Virus record (IMG/VR): IMGVR_UViG_2713896899_000007
Coordinates: 7,041 to 71,040 of that record
Reading direction: 5' to 3' (one strand)
DNA from: a virus
Lineage: Duplodnaviria; Heunggongvirae; Uroviricota; Caudoviricetes
DNA: 64,000 nt
Below are positions 38,923 through 48,496 of the stretch, in pieces. A program made the position numbers and the translations under genes. Below the pieces are notes generated by a model. That model had not been told where the DNA came from and made no database searches. It worked only from the letters and a program-made list of their open reading frames with translations. Each line of letters begins with the position of its first letter. Within the stretch, counting starts at the first letter, position 1.

Positions 38923-39751
38923 ATTTCTCCATAGCTCTTAGCCAATAAACATGGCCACTAGGCATAGTGATGTGAGGCTCGCCAAACTCTTCTCCATGCA
39001 CATCAAAGATGTCCCCAACAGAGAATTGGGGGATTTCTGTGCCGTTTTCACCTATATGCGTAATTCGTATACGTTTCGGTTGAGATTCGCCCCCTTTGAG
39101 CGAGTTGTTCACGGCTCTTGCAATCTTCTCCCGCAATTGCTGCGTTCCGTGATACGTAACCGCAATATCCCTCAACTCGTTCACCAGTTCTCGAATCTGG
39201 TGATCTTTAAGCTCATTATTTGAGTGATTGGCAACAACTCTGGTTAATTCACCCTTGTCTTTTGCTCTTACGTATGCAGCTCTTGTGCATTCGACCCATG
39301 TATTACCGCCTACATTAACTTCGTAGATTAGGCTGGACTTATCTGTCAATTCGGAACAAATACGGGCCGTGGTCTGGCAACTAGAGCATTCGCAGTTATC
39401 GCGGAAACCGTGGTCTACTGGCTTCGGTTTCACATCATCAACTTTTTCTACCCTATTGGAATTTAAATACTTCGAAGCCTTGCTATGCCAATCGCTGGTT
39501 TTAGGATCTTGTCCATCCATCAAACGCCAGGCTTCAGCGATTAACTCATAACTAGTGACTGTAGCTTCCTGAGCATCACCAATAAGTCGTGTAATCTCTC
39601 TTTCAAGCCGACCGCCTAACTCCGTTTTAGTGCAATGTTCTGACCAATCGCCAGCCTCAAGAAGCGCGAGAATGTTTAAAATATCGTCCAATAGAACGGT
39701 AGTATTTTCGACTTCCTTCTGAAGCTCTCCGGCTGCTGATTTATGCGTCAT
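38897..39751 (-). CDS. Zinc-binding protein, possible primase N-terminal module
   Basis: Cys cluster DNCECSSCQTTARIC; overlaps the Toprim ORF by 26 bp in another frame. Confidence 0.35.
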   Translation of the reverse strand: MTHKSAAGELQKEVENTTVLLDDILNILALLEAGDWSEHCTKTELGGRLEREITRLIGDAQEATVTSYELIAEAWRLMDGQDPKTSDWHSKASKYLNSNRVEKVDDVKPKPVDHGFRDNCECSSCQTTARICSELTDKSSLIYEVNVGGNTWVECTRAAYVRAKDKGELTRVVANHSNNELKDHQIRELVNELRDIAVTYHGTQQLREKIARAVNNSLKGGESQPKRIRITHIGENGTEIPQFSVGDIFDVHGEEFGEPHITMPSGHVYWLRAMEKYGDKWEVL

Positions 39752-40002
39752 TCATCATCCTCATCACAGGTTGAGAGTAGTGGGTTAGTCATTCGTCCTA
39801 CTTGAGTGGCGTAGCCACGCCGACAGAGATTGCGCAGCACACTGTATATTTCGAACATCTCGGTTCGTTCATCGCCAACATCAAGCTCAGATGCCATAGC
39901 GTGGCATTCAGCCGCGAGAGCCGATATTTTCTGAAATAACTCTGCTTTATTCACTGTTCGACTCCTGCGGCGGTTCTGGTAGTGGCATCCAGTGTGTGAC
40001 AT
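39748..40002 (-). CDS. Hypothetical small protein
   Basis: 84-aa ORF in tightly packed minus-strand early operon. Confidence 0.3.
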   Translation of the reverse strand: MSHTGCHYQNRRRSRTVNKAELFQKISALAAECHAMASELDVGDERTEMFEIYSVLRNLCRRGYATQVGRMTNPLLSTCDEDDE

Positions 40003-40246
40003 TGCTAATCAGACCATATTCATTAGTTTGAGGATGATTGCCGTTATCGTCTCCGTATTTAAGACTCTCCATAAAGCCATAATGCCTATCACCATTAACG
40101 CTCACAAAGCCGTAATAAGCAGGTATAACGCCGATCTCACACGTAACCAGCAAAGGAAAACTAGTTCTCCAATTTAGCTCGCCGATTACAGGCATCTGCT
40201 CACTACAGCTTATCCAACCATCAGGAGTAACCGGATAGTTGCGCAT
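39947..40246 (-). CDS. Hypothetical small protein
   Basis: 99-aa ORF, overlapping neighbours. Confidence 0.3.
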   Translation of the reverse strand: MRNYPVTPDGWISCSEQMPVIGELNWRTSFPLLVTCEIGVIPAYYGFVSVNGDRHYGFMESLKYGDDNGNHPQTNEYGLISNVTHWMPLPEPPQESNSE

Positions 40247-40596
40247 TGCGACCTTAAATGCCTCATTTTCAGATTATTGAACTGACGCCCGTTTAGAGGG
40301 CCATGTTCTGTCAACATGTTGTGTAATTTCCATGCCGCGTCGTTAACTTCGTTGGATGATCTGGGAGGCAACTTGCAAGTTTGGCTTACAGGTTCTGCAC
40401 TATCAGCTTCGCGCCGCTTCTGTAGCTCTGCTGCCATCGCTCTCACGACTTCAACTGGTGCCCTTGCAGCAAACTCTATGTTGGTGATCAGCTCATTAAG
40501 ATATTGCTCGCCTGGATACTGTTTCTTATCGGTTATAGTAGTCATATCACTCTCCTTTTCCCTGAAGCATAGCGGCACGGCAGGCGTTCCATCCAT
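40210..40596 (-). CDS. Hypothetical protein
   Basis: 128-aa ORF in early operon. Confidence 0.35.
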   Translation of the reverse strand: MDGTPAVPLCFREKESDMTTITDKKQYPGEQYLNELITNIEFAARAPVEVVRAMAAELQKRREADSAEPVSQTCKLPPRSSNEVNDAAWKLHNMLTEHGPLNGRQFNNLKMRHLRSQCATIRLLLMVG

Positions 40597-40969
40597 CTGC
40601 GTAACAATCTCTGTGCGTCTTGAAATTTGTCACCGCTCTTGGTACATCCTTTACATCTATTTCATCAGGCACAATCGGCGCTGGAGGGGCTGCGTAGACC
40701 TCAATAACTCCATTATCAATAGGCCACTCCCCATCCTTGATGTAGTCACTTGTGCCGTCAACTTGCTGTTCTGCAATGTGGAATGCACCTATTGGTTTTG
40801 CTTCCAGCGAGGCCAGTGCAATTCGTGCCAGTTTTAGATCTCGTTCAACCATCTCAATAACAACTTTGCAGTCCGCACCTTCTTTACTAACACGTCCTTT
40901 CAAGTCTTCCAGATAACTAACGCTTTCGCGTGCATGGGAGATTAACTGTTCTTTGGTTAAGGTGGTCAT
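40547..40969 (-). CDS. Hypothetical protein
   Basis: 140-aa ORF in early operon. Confidence 0.35.
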   Translation of the reverse strand: MTTLTKEQLISHARESVSYLEDLKGRVSKEGADCKVVIEMVERDLKLARIALASLEAKPIGAFHIAEQQVDGTSDYIKDGEWPIDNGVIEVYAAPPAPIVPDEIDVKDVPRAVTNFKTHRDCYADGWNACRAAMLQGKGE

Positions 40970-41154
40970 TAGGCAGCTCTCTCAACAACAAGCAATTCGT
41001 CGTAGTCATAATCAGTTTCGGAACCATCCGTACCGAACAGAGTCACTTTGTCATCTTCCATCCAAAAAGATTTAACCGCACATTGTTGACCTTTAGATGT
41101 TATGAGCACATCACCAGGGATTACGTCTTCAGCGCGAACTTCTAGTGTTCTCAT
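40969..41154 (-). CDS. Hypothetical small protein
   Basis: 61-aa ORF with start/stop juxtaposed to neighbours. Confidence 0.3.
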   Translation of the reverse strand: MRTLEVRAEDVIPGDVLITSKGQQCAVKSFWMEDDKVTLFGTDGSETDYDYDELLVVERAA

Positions 41155-41696
41155 CGTGCTGACCCCTCTTTGGTTAAAATGCCTGCTGCAATGCTGTTTA
41201 TGATGCTGTCAGTGCATGGAGTAGAAAGCTGGGCATCTCCAGCAATTTTCATGACTTCGACATCCGCATATCGAATACCGAGGTGTATCAGACCTGCTAT
41301 ACCTGACTTAAGTCGAACATTTTCCATAAACAGATCCTTTTCCCGCTGTTTAACGGTCTCCAGCTCAACACGCAGTTTCTCAAGCGTTAGGGCCATCTCT
41401 ACGTTCTCCTGCTCAAGACGTCGGATGTGTTGCTGTCTTTTATCCATTTCGTCCAGCAGTGCAATCACATCGGGATCACTATCATCAACTACTGTTACGC
41501 GTGATTTTTCATAATGTTCGTCTGCAAAAGTACGCCCTATCTTAAAATATCCGTCATCACCCTCACCGGAACAGGCATAAACAACATGTGCTCCAGATAT
41601 GCGCTGTATTGACATTTCCTCGCCACAAACAGAGCATTTAGGCGCTGGTTTTGGTGAATAACGTTCACGTAACGTCAGGTAGTAAATCTCGCTCAC
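41151..41696 (-). CDS. Hypothetical zinc-ribbon / coiled-coil protein
   Basis: CSVCGEEM...YACSG zinc-ribbon-like N-terminus, central coiled coil. Confidence 0.4.
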   Translation of the reverse strand: MSEIYYLTLRERYSPKPAPKCSVCGEEMSIQRISGAHVVYACSGEGDDGYFKIGRTFADEHYEKSRVTVVDDSDPDVIALLDEMDKRQQHIRRLEQENVEMALTLEKLRVELETVKQREKDLFMENVRLKSGIAGLIHLGIRYADVEVMKIAGDAQLSTPCTDSIINSIAAGILTKEGSAR

Positions 41697-42148
41697 TGTT
41701 TATTTCCTTTGCGAAGATCAGCGGCGAAGGCTACTGCGTGATCATGATGTTCAAGTGTGTATGCACACTCAGCAAACATCTCCACGCCCTGCGCACGTAC
41801 TTCAGCCAGAAAAGCATCGGTGGCTGGAGTCTCCGTTAATTCGCTAACCCAATTATCTCCGTGTTCCTCGGCACACATCGCATCGAATGCTCGCTCAGAT
41901 TCTTTCAGGGCTGCATTCTCCGCCGCTAATGCGTCTCTCTGCGCCCGCAACTTCTCAATTTCGGCAGCCATGTAGTAACCAACCATAGCGAAAGTGGCGA
42001 AAGGGTAGTCCGAATCATCAGGAGATACGGAGGCCATTAGCAGACCATCGTGCATGTTCTGGCTTCCATCAGTGATAGATACCGCATAAGAATCGCTGGT
42101 TTCCCGCTTATACAATACGACGACCGGGTTCTTGATTTTCTCTCTCAT
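41693..42148 (-). CDS. Hypothetical protein
   Basis: 151-aa ORF, Ala/Glu-rich helical. Confidence 0.4.
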   Translation of the reverse strand: MREKIKNPVVVLYKRETSDSYAVSITDGSQNMHDGLLMASVSPDDSDYPFATFAMVGYYMAAEIEKLRAQRDALAAENAALKESERAFDAMCAEEHGDNWVSELTETPATDAFLAEVRAQGVEMFAECAYTLEHHDHAVAFAADLRKGNKQ

Positions 42149-42702
42149 TACGATGCCTCTAACTTGTCTAACTCTTTCAGCCCTTCACGTACCGCGTTCA
42201 CAATGCGTTCCAGATACTGGTATTTCGGGTTTGGTACCGTTGGCCAGTCGGCATACCACGGATCATCACCAAAGAGATTCAGTAGTTTGTTACCGACGCC
42301 GAAACAGCAGCAGCTTTCTTTTACGTCATCGGCGTTTTCCGCCTCGTCCCACATTTCGCGAGCCAGTACGGCGTCTATTTCTCTCTCTCTTCGTAACTTT
42401 ATGATTTCTGACTTCACGAAAAGCAGATTTGCATCGTTGTCATCGTCGACCGTGCTTCGCAGTTGAGGGTCGAAATAGCCGATTAGATACTCGTTGCTGA
42501 CCCGCTTAATGAACGTCTGCACATCATCACCGCCCATAGCAAACCAAGCCGCAGTCCACGCTTTTCCGTAGCAGGTGATGGTGATTCTTCCCTTACCAGG
42601 TTCGTAGTTTTCAATCATCACTCGAACCGGATCGAGGCGTTCCAGATCCGTCAGCACAAAGGAAAGAACATCTATTTTTTCGATCTTCATGCAGCCTCCC
42701 AC
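42148..42702 (-). CDS. Hypothetical protein
   Basis: 184-aa ORF; probable start at internal Met (MKIEKIDV). Confidence 0.4.
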   Translation of the reverse strand: MGGCMKIEKIDVLSFVLTDLERLDPVRVMIENYEPGKGRITITCYGKAWTAAWFAMGGDDVQTFIKRVSNEYLIGYFDPQLRSTVDDDNDANLLFVKSEIIKLRREREIDAVLAREMWDEAENADDVKESCCCFGVGNKLLNLFGDDPWYADWPTVPNPKYQYLERIVNAVREGLKELDKLEAS

Positions 42703-43328
42703 GCGCTCCAGATCAGCGATTTGTGTTTTTCATAACGTTTGATGTGTACCGGTTTCAGAAGCGCAATACCTTCAGTGACTTTCGCCATTGCGCTTAATAA
42801 CAACGGGTGTTCTATACCTATCCTCTCCATGTACTCGACAACATCAGCGTTGGCACCAATCTCCTTCCCGTTAAAAAGTACGTCCAGCATCAGCTCTTTC
42901 TCTGCAAGGTAGATAGCTGAAAACTCAGGATCGCGACTCACGATAGAAGAGGTATTGTCGAGCAGGTCAGCCAGCTTGATCATGCGCGTCTGCATGTCGA
43001 GATTTTGCTCCAGCTCCCGGACATTGATGATGAAACGCTGTATTCGATTGCCGTCTTCTGGCCTTGCGATGTTGGTCAGAGCCTGAACCATTTCAGCTAC
43101 GCGCTCACCGAAGTGATCACGAACCATCTCTATGGTTACATTGGTGTCTTCGACCACATCATGCAGAAGCGCCGCGATTTGCATCTCCACGGTTCCGTCA
43201 TGCAATGCAACAATCTCTCGGACAGCAACCGGGTGGTTGATGTAGTCTTCGCCGGTATATTTTCTTTTCTGACCAACGCCACCATGAGCGCCAGCGGCGA
43301 ACATATGTGCTTCGGAAATACTAGACAT
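42687..43328 (-). CDS. Small alarmone hydrolase (RelA/SpoT-type HD-domain (p)ppGpp/(p)ppApp hydrolase)
   Basis: Complete RSH hydrolase motifs AHGGVGQKRKYTGEDYINHP, ALHDG, LLHDVVEDT; single-domain 213 aa. Confidence 0.7.
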   Translation of the reverse strand: MSSISEAHMFAAGAHGGVGQKRKYTGEDYINHPVAVREIVALHDGTVEMQIAALLHDVVEDTNVTIEMVRDHFGERVAEMVQALTNIARPEDGNRIQRFIINVRELEQNLDMQTRMIKLADLLDNTSSIVSRDPEFSAIYLAEKELMLDVLFNGKEIGANADVVEYMERIGIEHPLLLSAMAKVTEGIALLKPVHIKRYEKHKSLIWSAWEAA

Positions 43329-43447
43329 TCTTAACTCCGTTGTTTTCTAGTTGTGGTTATTTTCACAAATAAGAAAAGGTAGAAAACAATTTATTTAAGG
43401 CCACAACTTATGGCCTTTATTTATTCATGCAGAAGAATTTGTAGCGT

Positions 43448-43828
43448 CTAATTGCCGGATAAAATGGGGTGAGGTGCTTGCCAGTAGGCTCCACCGTTCC
43501 ATGTGAACCCCATGCGAATAAGAGTGTTTATTGCGGCTTTGGTAGACTCCGATTCGACACTGGCTTTTCGAAACTCTTGAACCTCTTTCGCCAACTTGTA
43601 TGTAATTGTGCAGGGTACGATTGCAGCCCAGCCTTTCTCATGACTGTTAATGACCATCTGGATGTGACCATCCAGAATAGGTTGATCAGGCATGTTATTG
43701 AAAACGTCTGCCTGTTTTTGAATGTGAAGAAAAAGCCTTGCCAGCTCCATTTGCTCACTACGAGACAAGGGATTATCAAGAGGGCTTTTTGCAAAAGCGG
43801 CTATACGCTGTGCGTCAATGCCAAACAT
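43448..43828 (-). CDS. Hypothetical protein
   Basis: 126-aa ORF. Confidence 0.4.
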   Translation of the reverse strand: MFGIDAQRIAAFAKSPLDNPLSRSEQMELARLFLHIQKQADVFNNMPDQPILDGHIQMVINSHEKGWAAIVPCTITYKLAKEVQEFRKASVESESTKAAINTLIRMGFTWNGGAYWQAPHPILSGN

Positions 43829-44532
43829 CAGCGCACCTCACCATCTTTATGGCTGGAGTTAACTTCCGCCATTAAATGTCTGACGTAATCGACAAGAGAG
43901 CCACCTGGTGGAATCTGGCATTCCTCAACTAACTGGAAGTAGATATCCGCTGCATTACGTGTATTGCTACCCGCGCATATTCTTTCTTCCCGAAGTGCAT
44001 GAAGCTCGTTGACCAAACGGTCACACTCTCCGTTACGCTGATCCACAACGGCCTCAAGCTCTGCGACGCGTTCACCTGGCGTCTTACCTTCTTTGCGTTG
44101 GATGGTAACGACGAAATCGCCAATTGCAGGGACGTTGTAATCCAGCTCAAGGTAGTTTTTGGCACCGCTGCGGACGAACTCACCCGCGAACATGGTGGCG
44201 AACATCGCAGAGGCCACTTCGCCGTTGAAAAGTGACTCCAGATCTAACGGAGTCCCGGCAGCAATAGCCTCTTTTGCTGTATCCATTGCATCCATGAACC
44301 GATCAAACTCACTAGCGCGCTTTTCCAGGTCTTTCCATTGCTCGCTCCAACGTTTGGCAACGAAGTCTATGAATGTTTTCGCGGATTCATCAAAATTCCC
44401 CTCAAACTTAACGATGCCTTTATCAATAATGATCTGGCCTACCGCATCCTCTGCATAACCTTTCAATGTAAACTTGAAAGGAAAATCAGAATGGCCTGTG
44501 ACGTTAAAATGCTCTAACTGGAGGTCGTTCAT
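43828..44532 (-). CDS. Hypothetical protein
   Basis: 234-aa ORF. Confidence 0.4.
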   Translation of the reverse strand: MNDLQLEHFNVTGHSDFPFKFTLKGYAEDAVGQIIIDKGIVKFEGNFDESAKTFIDFVAKRWSEQWKDLEKRASEFDRFMDAMDTAKEAIAAGTPLDLESLFNGEVASAMFATMFAGEFVRSGAKNYLELDYNVPAIGDFVVTIQRKEGKTPGERVAELEAVVDQRNGECDRLVNELHALREERICAGSNTRNAADIYFQLVEECQIPPGGSLVDYVRHLMAEVNSSHKDGEVR

Positions 44533-44593
44533 GTGTTTTTCTCTTATCGTTTAGTTACTACATTCTTACACAAATTAAGTAAGTATTTACCTA

Positions 44594-46279
44594 TCATTTA
44601 ACGCGTTTGAAAACGTATACGCTGACTGTGATCCCTGTGTCTTCAAACTCGTTGGTAAACGACTTCCCTCTGGCATAAACGTAATTATCCATCGTCATCC
44701 AGTCCAGTATTGGCGCAGTGCCCGGCAATACTGCTACAAGACGCCCGCCGACTTTCAGATGCCCCAGCGCAGCCATCGTGTGCTCTCTATGACGACCAAG
44801 CGAGTACGGCGGGTTCATAACGATTTTGTCGAACTGATAACCTGCGTTGTCCTCAGACCACTTTATGAAGTCGCAGCAAATCGTGTTCGTATACCCTTTT
44901 CCACGCAGGATATCAGCGAAGAGAGGTGCGATTTCTATGCAGGTAACATCTTCCAGATCGGCGTTAATATAGGCCAGAAGATCCCCACGTCCGGCTTGAG
45001 GCTCCAGCAGCTTCTCACCAGGCTTCAATTCAGTGGCTCTGGCAACGTACTCAGCAATCAAGCGTGGGGTAGGGTAGAACTGGTGTGATTTTGTATCCGG
45101 TATTAAACCGGTAGCCACAATCGTATTTAGCGTATGGCCGATGTCATACGGGAACTGCCAGTGCTTTTTCTCCTGCACGCCGCCAATGAAGCTCAGTGTG
45201 CGCTCAAGCTCTTCCACCTGCGACTTCTGGAGAGCTGAATCAGAGAAGTACCATACGCCTTTGTCTTTGCTCAATCGCCCGTCACGAAGCGCAGTGCGAA
45301 CCGGCACGGAGATCGTCTTCTGGATTAACCCGAACTGCTTTGGTGCCCGTGTTTTTGGCGCAGTGCGGCATGGCGCGGGGATTGCAGCAGGCATACTGTA
45401 AGCCAGCACCTCATTCAACTTCCAGGCCACGTCAGGATGTATTTCAAAGTGAACGTTGCCGTTCTTGAACATCTTCACGCGCATCAGATTTCCATCGACG
45501 TTCATCCAGTCACCGGTCTGGCAGTCGTTTGCCCGATACGCAGCTGATAGCACCTCAGCAGTGCGGTTGATGGTAATAAATTCTTTGTGCGCGAAGAAAT
45601 GAAGCAAGACACGCAGATCGTCGATGTAGTCCTCTTTGCGATAGTTCACGCTAACGCTGTCCCGCCAGAAATCAGAAATGCAGTCAGCGATTATCAGCCG
45701 CTCGCTGAAACCGTTTGTCTTATTCGTCTTGTGCGCAGGACTCAGCGCCTTAAACAAGCCATACACGCGCTCAGAGAGATATTTGTGCCTGTCATTCAGC
45801 AAATTAAGCATCGTGGGTATGACCGTTTCTGCTTTGAACTCCGGTACACCAACGAACTCTTTAACCTTCATCTGGTAGCCGGTTCTGTCAGTTTTGATGA
45901 CTTCCTGTTTGCCCTCTATAAACTGCTCGCGCCACTCATCTCGACGGGAAGCTGGCATGATCAGCAAAACGTTAGTCATGTCCGTGACCTTCCTCCAGTA
46001 CTCGGCCCAAATATTCTGTTTCACCCATTCCAGATCGACTTTATCCAACCAACCTCGATTTAAACGCGAGCGATCTTCATCTGGTCGATGGTTTAGTCGC
46101 AGCAGGCGATTAATCATGTTGTGGCGTTCGTCGCCATAAACGAAGTCGTGTACCTGATACATGAAGGCGATCTCTTTCTCGCACTCGGCCACGATTTCGT
46201 GGATGACATTCATTTCCTGACGATAGTCGATAGCCGTGTTTGAGCTGGCATCGTCGATGATGGAAAGGGCTGTATTCAT
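44594..46279 (-). CDS. Large protein with C-terminal gamma-class N6-adenine DNA methyltransferase domain
   Basis: FYPTP motif, AdoMet motif I LLEPQAGRGDLL, catalytic motif IV NPPY in the C-terminal 180 aa; about 380-aa N-terminal region of unknown function. Confidence 0.6.
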   Translation of the reverse strand: MNTALSIIDDASSNTAIDYRQEMNVIHEIVAECEKEIAFMYQVHDFVYGDERHNMINRLLRLNHRPDEDRSRLNRGWLDKVDLEWVKQNIWAEYWRKVTDMTNVLLIMPASRRDEWREQFIEGKQEVIKTDRTGYQMKVKEFVGVPEFKAETVIPTMLNLLNDRHKYLSERVYGLFKALSPAHKTNKTNGFSERLIIADCISDFWRDSVSVNYRKEDYIDDLRVLLHFFAHKEFITINRTAEVLSAAYRANDCQTGDWMNVDGNLMRVKMFKNGNVHFEIHPDVAWKLNEVLAYSMPAAIPAPCRTAPKTRAPKQFGLIQKTISVPVRTALRDGRLSKDKGVWYFSDSALQKSQVEELERTLSFIGGVQEKKHWQFPYDIGHTLNTIVATGLIPDTKSHQFYPTPRLIAEYVARATELKPGEKLLEPQAGRGDLLAYINADLEDVTCIEIAPLFADILRGKGYTNTICCDFIKWSEDNAGYQFDKIVMNPPYSLGRHREHTMAALGHLKVGGRLVAVLPGTAPILDWMTMDNYVYARGKSFTNEFEDTGITVSVYVFKRVK

Positions 46280-46292
46280 AATTACACCATTA

Positions 46293-46326
46293 AATAATTT
46301 GTTTTCTTATTGGTGTAATTATCGCA
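46293..46326 (-). promoter_or_regulatory. Early promoter/leader motif instance upstream of methyltransferase gene
   Basis: minus-strand GCGATAATTACACCAATAAGAAAACAAATTATTT, near-identical to 31581-31614. Confidence 0.45.
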
Positions 46327-46420
46327 AACTTGAAAAGGCATAAAAGCTGCATTCATAGGCGTTACAGCAGATTTAAGGCGTAAAAATGGGGGCTTTCGCC
46401 CCCTGTCGACTGGTGCAGTA

Positions 46421-46987
46421 TTAGAGTGCGTATTGCGTTTTGTGCGGCTGCTTATTCAAGTCATGGCGATGCGTGAGCTCCCGCATCATGTCTTCAAGGC
46501 GACTCTTTGTGTCGTCGAGCTGGTCGGCCATTGCACCTAAAAGCTGGCGAACGGCCATCGGATTGTCGCTGTTTAGTGATGGCATTTTATAACCTGCTTT
46601 AGAAGACATAAGGTTAATTGCAGACATCAACATCGTTAGAGAGGATTTAAGCCCGGCAATTTCACGATCTTTGCTGGCAATAATCGTCTCACTTTTGTTA
46701 CCGTCATGAGTTCCTTGAGTCTCGCTCACCATATCCAAAGTCGCTTGCAACTTATCGGCTCTCTCTTTTTCAGCAAGGTAATGAACGCCGAAATGATGTG
46801 CTAAAGCTACAACCTGAGTTGGTTCTTCAAAGGTGGAATTAAAATTAAGTACTGTAAACAGTCTCTCAAATATGGAAACGTCTTCTGTTCCCCGAACAAT
46901 GCCTAACATTTTGACAAGTTCATTAGCATCCATTTCTTCGAATAGGGCGTTTTGTTCATCAGCTATTGCTTTGCATTTCTCGCACAT
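46421..46987 (-). CDS. Hypothetical early protein
   Basis: 188-aa ORF with conserved leader (motif 47003-47028, AAGGAAAACAC before ATG). Confidence 0.4.
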   Translation of the reverse strand: MCEKCKAIADEQNALFEEMDANELVKMLGIVRGTEDVSIFERLFTVLNFNSTFEEPTQVVALAHHFGVHYLAEKERADKLQATLDMVSETQGTHDGNKSETIIASKDREIAGLKSSLTMLMSAINLMSSKAGYKMPSLNSDNPMAVRQLLGAMADQLDDTKSRLEDMMRELTHRHDLNKQPHKTQYAL

Positions 46988-47002
46988 GTGTTTTCCTTAA
47001 TG

Positions 47003-47028
47003 CTTAAACAAGTTGTTTTCTTATTGGC
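47003..47028 (-). promoter_or_regulatory. Early promoter/leader motif instance
   Basis: CTTAAACAAGTTGTTTTCTTATTGGC, followed in the gene direction by AAGGAAAACAC-ATG. Confidence 0.45.
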
Positions 47029-47284
47029 TTTATTGTGATGTGGCATATAAGGGGAGCAAGCTAAACGTAAAGGTGCAAACTCTCTATTTTGGTCAACGAA
47101 ACACAAGGGCCATTTGGCCCTTGTCATTAACACTTTGCTTTACGGACTAGCGGATAGGCGAAGTAGATCGCCAAACCAATGAGGACGCCATCAGAAATGA
47201 CAGACATCATCTTTCCCGTAAAATCCACCAACACCGCCATCACCAGAAGAGCAATGACGGTCACAAGCCGGAATCTCTCAAGCA

Positions 47285-47710
47285 TTAGAGATAAGCATCC
47301 AGTGACAACTGAAGCGCCTGGGCGATCTTTTTCAGTGCCTGCTCTTCTTGTTCACCAATGCCGTCCTGGTCGGCAATATCAAGGCACAGACACAGAACAT
47401 CGACCGCCTCTGGAGTGCCCGCAATATCAGCCAGCTCACGCATAGCCTGTGCATTAGCGGAACGAGGGGACGCTTCGTAACGAGCACGGATATTGGCGCT
47501 CATTTGGGCAATCTCACCAGCAAACGGAGAAAACGCAGGCAGAGCTGCAATTGTCTTCTCAAGAATGGCAATTTCTTTTGCGTCACATGTGCCGTCGGCA
47601 TAGGAGATCATGTACGCGCCCCACACGGTGGCCTCAACCGCATCACGGTTCTCCATTTTTTTGACTTCGATAACTGCTTTACGAGTTTTCTTTTTGAAGA
47701 AACCTAACAT
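47285..47710 (-). CDS. TerB-like domain protein (putative)
   Basis: 141 aa; helical with YADGTCDAKEIAILE and DQDGIGEQEEQALKKIA segments typical of TerB-fold proteins; conserved leader upstream. Confidence 0.35.
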   Translation of the reverse strand: MLGFFKKKTRKAVIEVKKMENRDAVEATVWGAYMISYADGTCDAKEIAILEKTIAALPAFSPFAGEIAQMSANIRARYEASPRSANAQAMRELADIAGTPEAVDVLCLCLDIADQDGIGEQEEQALKKIAQALQLSLDAYL

Positions 47711-47765
47711 GTGTTTTCCTTTTGTTATTTGTCAAAACAAGTTGTTTTCTAGTTAAATAAATTGC

Positions 47766-47996
47766 TTACGCAAAGACGGTCAATGCATATGCACTAACAA
47801 CCGTCAGAAGTAACCAAGTACCGAACCGACTGGAAAAATAAAAATCCCAACTACACGAGCCAAGGTCATGCCAGCCTGAAACTGGAGATCGCCAGAGCAA
47901 ACAAGTTTTATAATGTTCGATACCCAACCGGCGGCCATGAGGGCCAGAATTGCCAGCCAAATTTTTCCAAAGTGATTTGAAAACCAGTTCATACAA
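47766..47996 (-). CDS. Small membrane protein (putative)
   Basis: 76 aa with two hydrophobic stretches. Confidence 0.3.
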   Translation of the reverse strand: MYELVFKSLWKNLAGNSGPHGRRLGIEHYKTCLLWRSPVSGWHDLGSCSWDFYFSSRFGTWLLLTVVSAYALTVFA

Positions 47997-48001
47997 CCGC
48001 C

Positions 48002-48496
48002 TTAGTCACAGCATGATCCTGAGTAACTGGATGAATTTGAGGTATCGCATCCACCGCCATCCCATCCAGAGTGACAGGACGCTCCACTGGAGTGGTGGTA
48101 ATTGTCGTCGACGAAGGTGTGGTGATGGATGAATCCGGCATCAAAAGGCTCTGACCGGCTGGAACTGCTACCGTCGCCAGTGAAACTATAATGAGAACGT
48201 AGGCCATTGGTTTCAGCCTCTTTCTTTGAAAATTTTCCATTCGAACTGTCCTTGTTGTTTTTCTCCTTCACTAAAGGCCGTGCATTTTTCGCTTCGCGTG
48301 AAGAACCAGAGGCAACAATCGCCCCCACGTTCGCAACAACTGACGCTTGATTATCTAAACGTTCATTCAGCAACCGAACGGTAGTCTCTAGTTCATCAAG
48401 ACGTGACATAACACGACCGCTAAATAATTCGGCCAAAATTTGACGTAAAGAACGAGGACGTTTAGTTGCAGAAGTGAAATAGGTTTGACGTGCCAT
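48002..48496 (-). CDS. Hypothetical protein (alternative: embedded secreted peptide 47989..48240 is the real product)
   Basis: 164-aa ORF whose C-terminal half is low complexity; a second ORF in another frame has a convincing signal peptide MAYVLIIVSLATVAVPAG. Confidence 0.3.
   Translation of the reverse strand: MARQTYFTSATKRPRSLRQILAELFSGRVMSRLDELETTVRLLNERLDNQASVVANVGAIVASGSSREAKNARPLVKEKNNKDSSNGKFSKKEAETNGLRSHYSFTGDGSSSSRSEPFDAGFIHHHTFVDDNYHHSSGASCHSGWDGGGCDTSNSSSYSGSCCD

Noticed and set aside
38323-43417. Hairpins AAGGCCAC...GTGGCCTT (38322-38342) and AAGGCCA...TGGCCTT (43398-43417) as rho-independent terminators
   Set aside because: Stems are conserved with compensatory changes but neither has a convincing downstream U-run on either strand; more likely structural elements linked to the adjacent promoter motif
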